The position numbers and the translations under genes are program-made. A stretch of DNA of 63,240 bases, counting the filler, from Rhabdomonas costata (lineage: Eukaryota), in NCBI GenBank assembly GCA_019059605.1. It is 54 parts of 54 records of this genome, joined end to end, with 100 filler letters (N's around TTAATTAATTAA, not from the genome) between each part and the next. Parts side by side here need not be neighbours in the genome. Positions count along the whole stretch, not along the records: positions 58,651 to 59,723 come from JAHMHO010030085.1; positions 59,824 to 60,896 come from JAHMHO010030086.1; positions 60,997 to 62,068 come from JAHMHO010030087.1; positions 62,169 to 63,240 come from JAHMHO010030088.1; 50 more parts are not named here. One strand, 5' to 3'. Below the pieces are notes generated by a model that did not search any database, had not been told where the DNA came from, and saw only the letters and a program-made list of their open reading frames with translations. Numbering within the stretch: position 1 is the stretch's first letter; each line of letters opens with the position of its first letter. This document shows, piece by piece, positions 59,398 to 63,240 of the stretch.

Positions 59398-60738
59398 CTG
59401 CATAGCCACACCCAGGGGGTACAGTGTGTGTGTGAAGAAAAGAGTGCGAGTGTGACGGGGAATCTTTTTGGGAGCAAACCTTATGGCCAGCAAAAAATAT
59501 GGCCTCTCCCTGTCCCTGGGCCGGCGAGGCCACTTGCAGCTGAAACCGGAGCACTTGCTAGTAACTATCCAGTGGGGACCCATTGGATACATAATCAAGT
59601 ATGAGGTTAATGTTGAAAATAGCATCAAATGTGCCCGTTGATATGGGCCTTGTCAGAAAAAGCCTGAACAATCATCCAATCACATCCAATGTCAAACGGG
59701 CACTCCAAGAAAACAAACAAAACNNNNNNNNNNNNNNNNNNNNNNNNNNNNNNNNNNNNNNNNNNNNTTAATTAATTAANNNNNNNNNNNNNNNNNNNNN
59801 NNNNNNNNNNNNNNNNNNNNNNNCACCTTGGCCTTCAACAGTGCCCACAGAGCCTTTCCATCGCGCTCCCGGATTCGGGCAGTCCAGCCAGGCATTGCTT
59901 CCCCCTTGGCAGAGGGCTTTGCCCGGCAGTCTGCCATCTGAGAAAAAACCTACCCTGTTCAATAGGTTCCCATCCCGGCCCCCCACCGCCTTTCGGAGGC
60001 GACTCAGAATGACTCATTACCCCAATCCCAGCCAATACGCTTTCGGTGGCGCCACAAAAACGCCTTGTACAGCTTATAGATCTGTTGCGTTTTCAGTTCA
60101 GCAAGAGGAAGCACCTAGTTTCTTCGCCACGCTTGGCGGCCCAAAATGGTCAAAAGCGTACTTAGCATGCACAGCCTTCTGCAAACCACCTGCGAAAAGC
60201 TCACTGCACCCCAGAGGGGCGTGCACCGTCCTCTGAACCTTGCAAAAAAAAAAGTACTGGAATCGCTGGTTCACTGAATTACAACACTCCTACCCAACCA
60301 CCCACGCAGCAACAAGTGAACTGAAGAGGGCGATCATAACATTGGGAGCTCAAGACATCCTGGAAAAACGTCCGTGGAAATGTGCGGCACCCCCTACCTC
60401 CAATAAAAACAATTGAGAGGGGGGGGGGGCACCGAAAACGCTCTAAAGACGCGAAACCCACCCAGTGCCACGAGAACTCATCCCGGTCAAAAAAACGTGA
60501 ATGTGAATGCACACGTAACCTGCCACTGACCAGCGTGCTGATTAACAACTATTGATACACCATAAAAAATATACAAAAGACCGACAGAATACGAAAATCA
60601 TGGGACATTTAATGCTCTAAATCTGTACAGCCGTTGCGCAATGTGTAGTAGTTTCATTTTTAAAATGAAGTCTCTTTAAGAAACAAATTGAAAGTGTGAG
60701 AAATTCCAATTAAATTCCAATTGTGCCCGCAGCAGCAC

Positions 60739-60872
60739 CTGGTGGCACACCCCAGGCATGGCCTTGGGCCAGCGGTCGGGAACCAGCCTGGAGTCGCACT
60801 CTTTGCAGTACGAGGCCAAGGTGGTGAGGCACCGGTACAAATGCTTCACCATAGCCACAAGCAGCCCCCCGC
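60739..60872 (-). CDS. Hypothetical protein exon
   Basis: TAG|...VKHLYRCLTTLASYCKECDSRLVPDRWPKAMPGVCHQ|GT, GC3-rich. Confidence 0.4.
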
Positions 60873-61860
60873 CTAAGACAGCGACCACACACAAAANNNN
60901 NNNNNNNNNNNNNNNNNNNNNNNNNNNNNNNNNNNNNNNNTTAATTAATTAANNNNNNNNNNNNNNNNNNNNNNNNNNNNNNNNNNNNNNNNNNNNGCGT
61001 GGATCACGAGGTGTACCGGGAGATGCTGCAGCACGAGGAGGCTCTGGATGAGCAGCACGACCAGGGTTCTCATCTCCGTGTCCCAGCATCCCTCTTCGAC
61101 TGCGAGAATTGCTCTATCATCACCCGTCACTATATGCCAGGAGCAAATTATCGACATCGTAATGGCTCTTCTTTAGCCCCCTTCGCCTGCCTAGATGATG
61201 TCTTTAGCCTTGTTCTATTCAGAAGCGGTTGCATGGACGTTAGAACGCGAGTAGATGACAACCCTGAAGCCTCTCTTTGATCGTAGGCGAGTGCCTTTCT
61301 GCGGCTAACACAAGTGATCGTTTCTGCTACTGGTCGTGCAAAAAGGTTAATGGCCAAGATACATTATCCCGCTCGAACCCGACAGGGAACCACCAGGTGT
61401 CCCATTCCTGGTGTTCTAACTTTTTCCAAACCGCTAGGTTCCGCGTGAAAGGCAAGCAGTAAGATACAATGAAGAAAATGCCAGAGGTTTTGCGTGACAG
61501 AGTGAGGTGCGTCAAGCCACACATCTAAAGAAGTAAAGAATTCAAGTGAGAGGGAGAGACCGAAGGCGTTGGAGAGGTGGAGCAGGATGGGGAGAAACAA
61601 ACAAAGATGAAGGGGAAGGAAAAAAGGAAAAGAAAAGGGAACTGGGAAAGTGAAGTGAATGGAGGGGGGGAGGACAGGGCACCAACCCCTCGGCTGAGCA
61701 TCATTTTTCAATCCGCCTTTTCACAATCGTCATGGTTCTCGCAGCGACTTCCTTCGTCCGTTACCACAGTGCTCCTGCTCTGCATTTCCCAAAAACCACT
61801 TTCCTTTCCCCCATATACACACCAACCGTCTCCGCCGTACACCGGTTCGTACCCTCACGA

Positions 61861-62060
61861 ATGTCTGGGTCATGGAAGACGGGTCTTTTTGGTGCCATCT
61901 GCGAGTGCCCCACCAGCTGCTACGGCTGGCTGTGCCCGCACTGCCTCATCGCCTCCACCCGCGAGAAGTTCGACGGTAGCAACTGGTGCTTCAACTGCCT
62001 GTGCCTCTCACCGTGCGCGCTGCGCAACTTGGTCCGTGAGGGCTACGGCATCGAGGGCAC
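61861..62060 (+). CDS. PLAC8-family cysteine-rich protein, N-terminal part
   Basis: MSGSWKTGLFG...SCYGWLCPHC...CALRNLVREGYGIEG matches W.TGLF..C...CPC..R..R..Y.I.G. Confidence 0.88.
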
Positions 62061-62268
62061 CAAAAAAANNNNNNNNNNNNNNNNNNNNNNNNNNNNNNNN
62101 NNNNNNNNNNNNTTAATTAATTAANNNNNNNNNNNNNNNNNNNNNNNNNNNNNNNNNNNNNNNNNNNNGTGGGGTGGGGGCAGGTGCTCAAAGTTTTAAC
62201 TTTCAGTCTTCCGCGCCGGAAAAAGGAGGGCGTGGGCATGTTTGTATGTGTGTTGGGGGTGCCCCCAG

Positions 62269-62423
62269 TACCACGCCGTGGGGATCAGCCTGGCGGCCCC
62301 GTTTCCCAGCAATACGCAGTCCGTGATGGTGCTGACGGGCACAGCGACCCCCAACCACGCTGTGGTTCTGGTCGGGTACAACAGCGTGGCCAGTGCGCCC
62401 TACTGGATCGTCAGGAACTCATG
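62269..62423 (+). CDS. Papain-family (C1A) cysteine protease exon with catalytic His and Asn
   Basis: NHAVVLVGY...YWIVRNSW, AG/GT bounded. Confidence 0.93.
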
Positions 62424-63240
62424 GTTGGCCTGCTCGCTGACACATCCGCATGGATACTGGCCTAGCTACTCGCAATTGCCGATGTACAAGCCCGAATACG
62501 CCCCCGTTTCCGCCCACCCACACACATTAGCAGGAAAACTACATGTTAGTCCCGGTTGTCCCAGGCCTTGCCCCAAACAAGAATTCAGTTTCAACTGGAT
62601 CCTCGTATCCTCGTCCGAGGCCCTACGCAAGCATGATAAACGACCTACGCCACACAACGTTCATATGTGTATCGGGGCGAGTGGGCTGAGCCGAAGCGGT
62701 CCTGGGGTCTTTCTACAGAAGAAGGAAAGAAGAAGGAAAGAAGAAGGAAGCACTTGTACTTGTGCGTCACGCGCATCACCCGATGGAAGGACTGTCTGTT
62801 TGCTCACCTCCAGCAGCGCCATCGCAACTGCAATGACCAGCGCACCCGCTAGCGAAAACCGCCCGCCCTTTACCACCCACCTCAGGGCGCAGCGACACTC
62901 AAGCTTTGAAGGATGACCTAGTCGCTCACAAAGGCATTAGCCCCACGCCATGAGGCCATGAAACCCGATGTGCTCCCACCTTTTTCGTTTTTTGATTGCT
63001 TTGCATTTGTGATGACGCTTTCAGCATAATTAATTGGGAGACAGGACCGCCGTGAGATTGAAGCTGCACCACTTCGCAACCCTACGAATGACGAATGCAC
63101 CATCCCGGGTTTCCACATGCCGCGCGCACGTACCCTCGCAGGGGCACGGGCTGGGGGATCAACGGGTTCGCGTACCTTCGCATGGGCAGCGTGTTCTGGC
63201 CGGACGTGTACCAACCCTACCAGGGCATGCACACAACACC

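Noticed and set aside
1122..62124. ORF-track proteins ending in XXXX/LIN and the many overlapping 60-150 aa ORFs
   Set aside because: They run into linkers, read through introns, or are antisense shadows of GC-rich exons.
1074..62168. Regularly spaced TTAATTAATTAA as a CRISPR-like or biological repeat array
   Set aside because: Always embedded in fixed N runs. It is a six-frame-stop assembly linker.
1..63240. rRNA, spliced-leader RNA or snRNA genes
   Set aside because: I recognised no conserved sequence for these by eye. A covariance-model search is needed to exclude divergent copies.

Overview
This window is not one locus. It is 54 unrelated short contigs of about 1,065-1,081 bp (mostly exactly 1,073 bp, so length-sorted), joined by artificial 100-bp linkers (N44-TTAATTAATTAA-N44). 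No gene neighbourhood can be read across linkers. The DNA is from an intron-rich, flagellated eukaryote. Short GC3-rich exons bounded by GT-AG introns encode pieces of cyclophilin, CFAP161, a PLP aminotransferase, PRPP synthetase, a PPR protein, AMP deaminase, argininosuccinate synthase, Sel1-repeat, START, PAS and PLAC8 proteins, dTDP-glucose 4,6-dehydratase, a receptor adenylate cyclase, capping protein beta, a diflavin reductase FMN domain, an aldo-keto reductase and a papain-family protease. Donor sites with a pyrimidine at +4, TTAGGG repeats, CRE/SLACS-like retroelement relics and the cyclase type suggest a euglenozoan-like protist (inference). G/T-only contig starts, A/C-only contig ends and terminal fold-backs point to whole-genome-amplified, probably single-cell, DNA. 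Best leads: a nearly intact Penelope-like reverse transcriptase (49267-50339); a telomeric-repeat insertion with a 4-bp duplication that splits a zinc-finger-like ORF (33717-33754); two intron-containing genes with prokaryote/virus-like signatures (argG, rmlB); a 65-bp MITE with an AAT duplication; and a non-coding contig rich in GCGNAGC mini-hairpins (19944-21016). I cannot support a complete new multi-gene system from fragments this short. All family calls rest on remembered motifs, not database searches.
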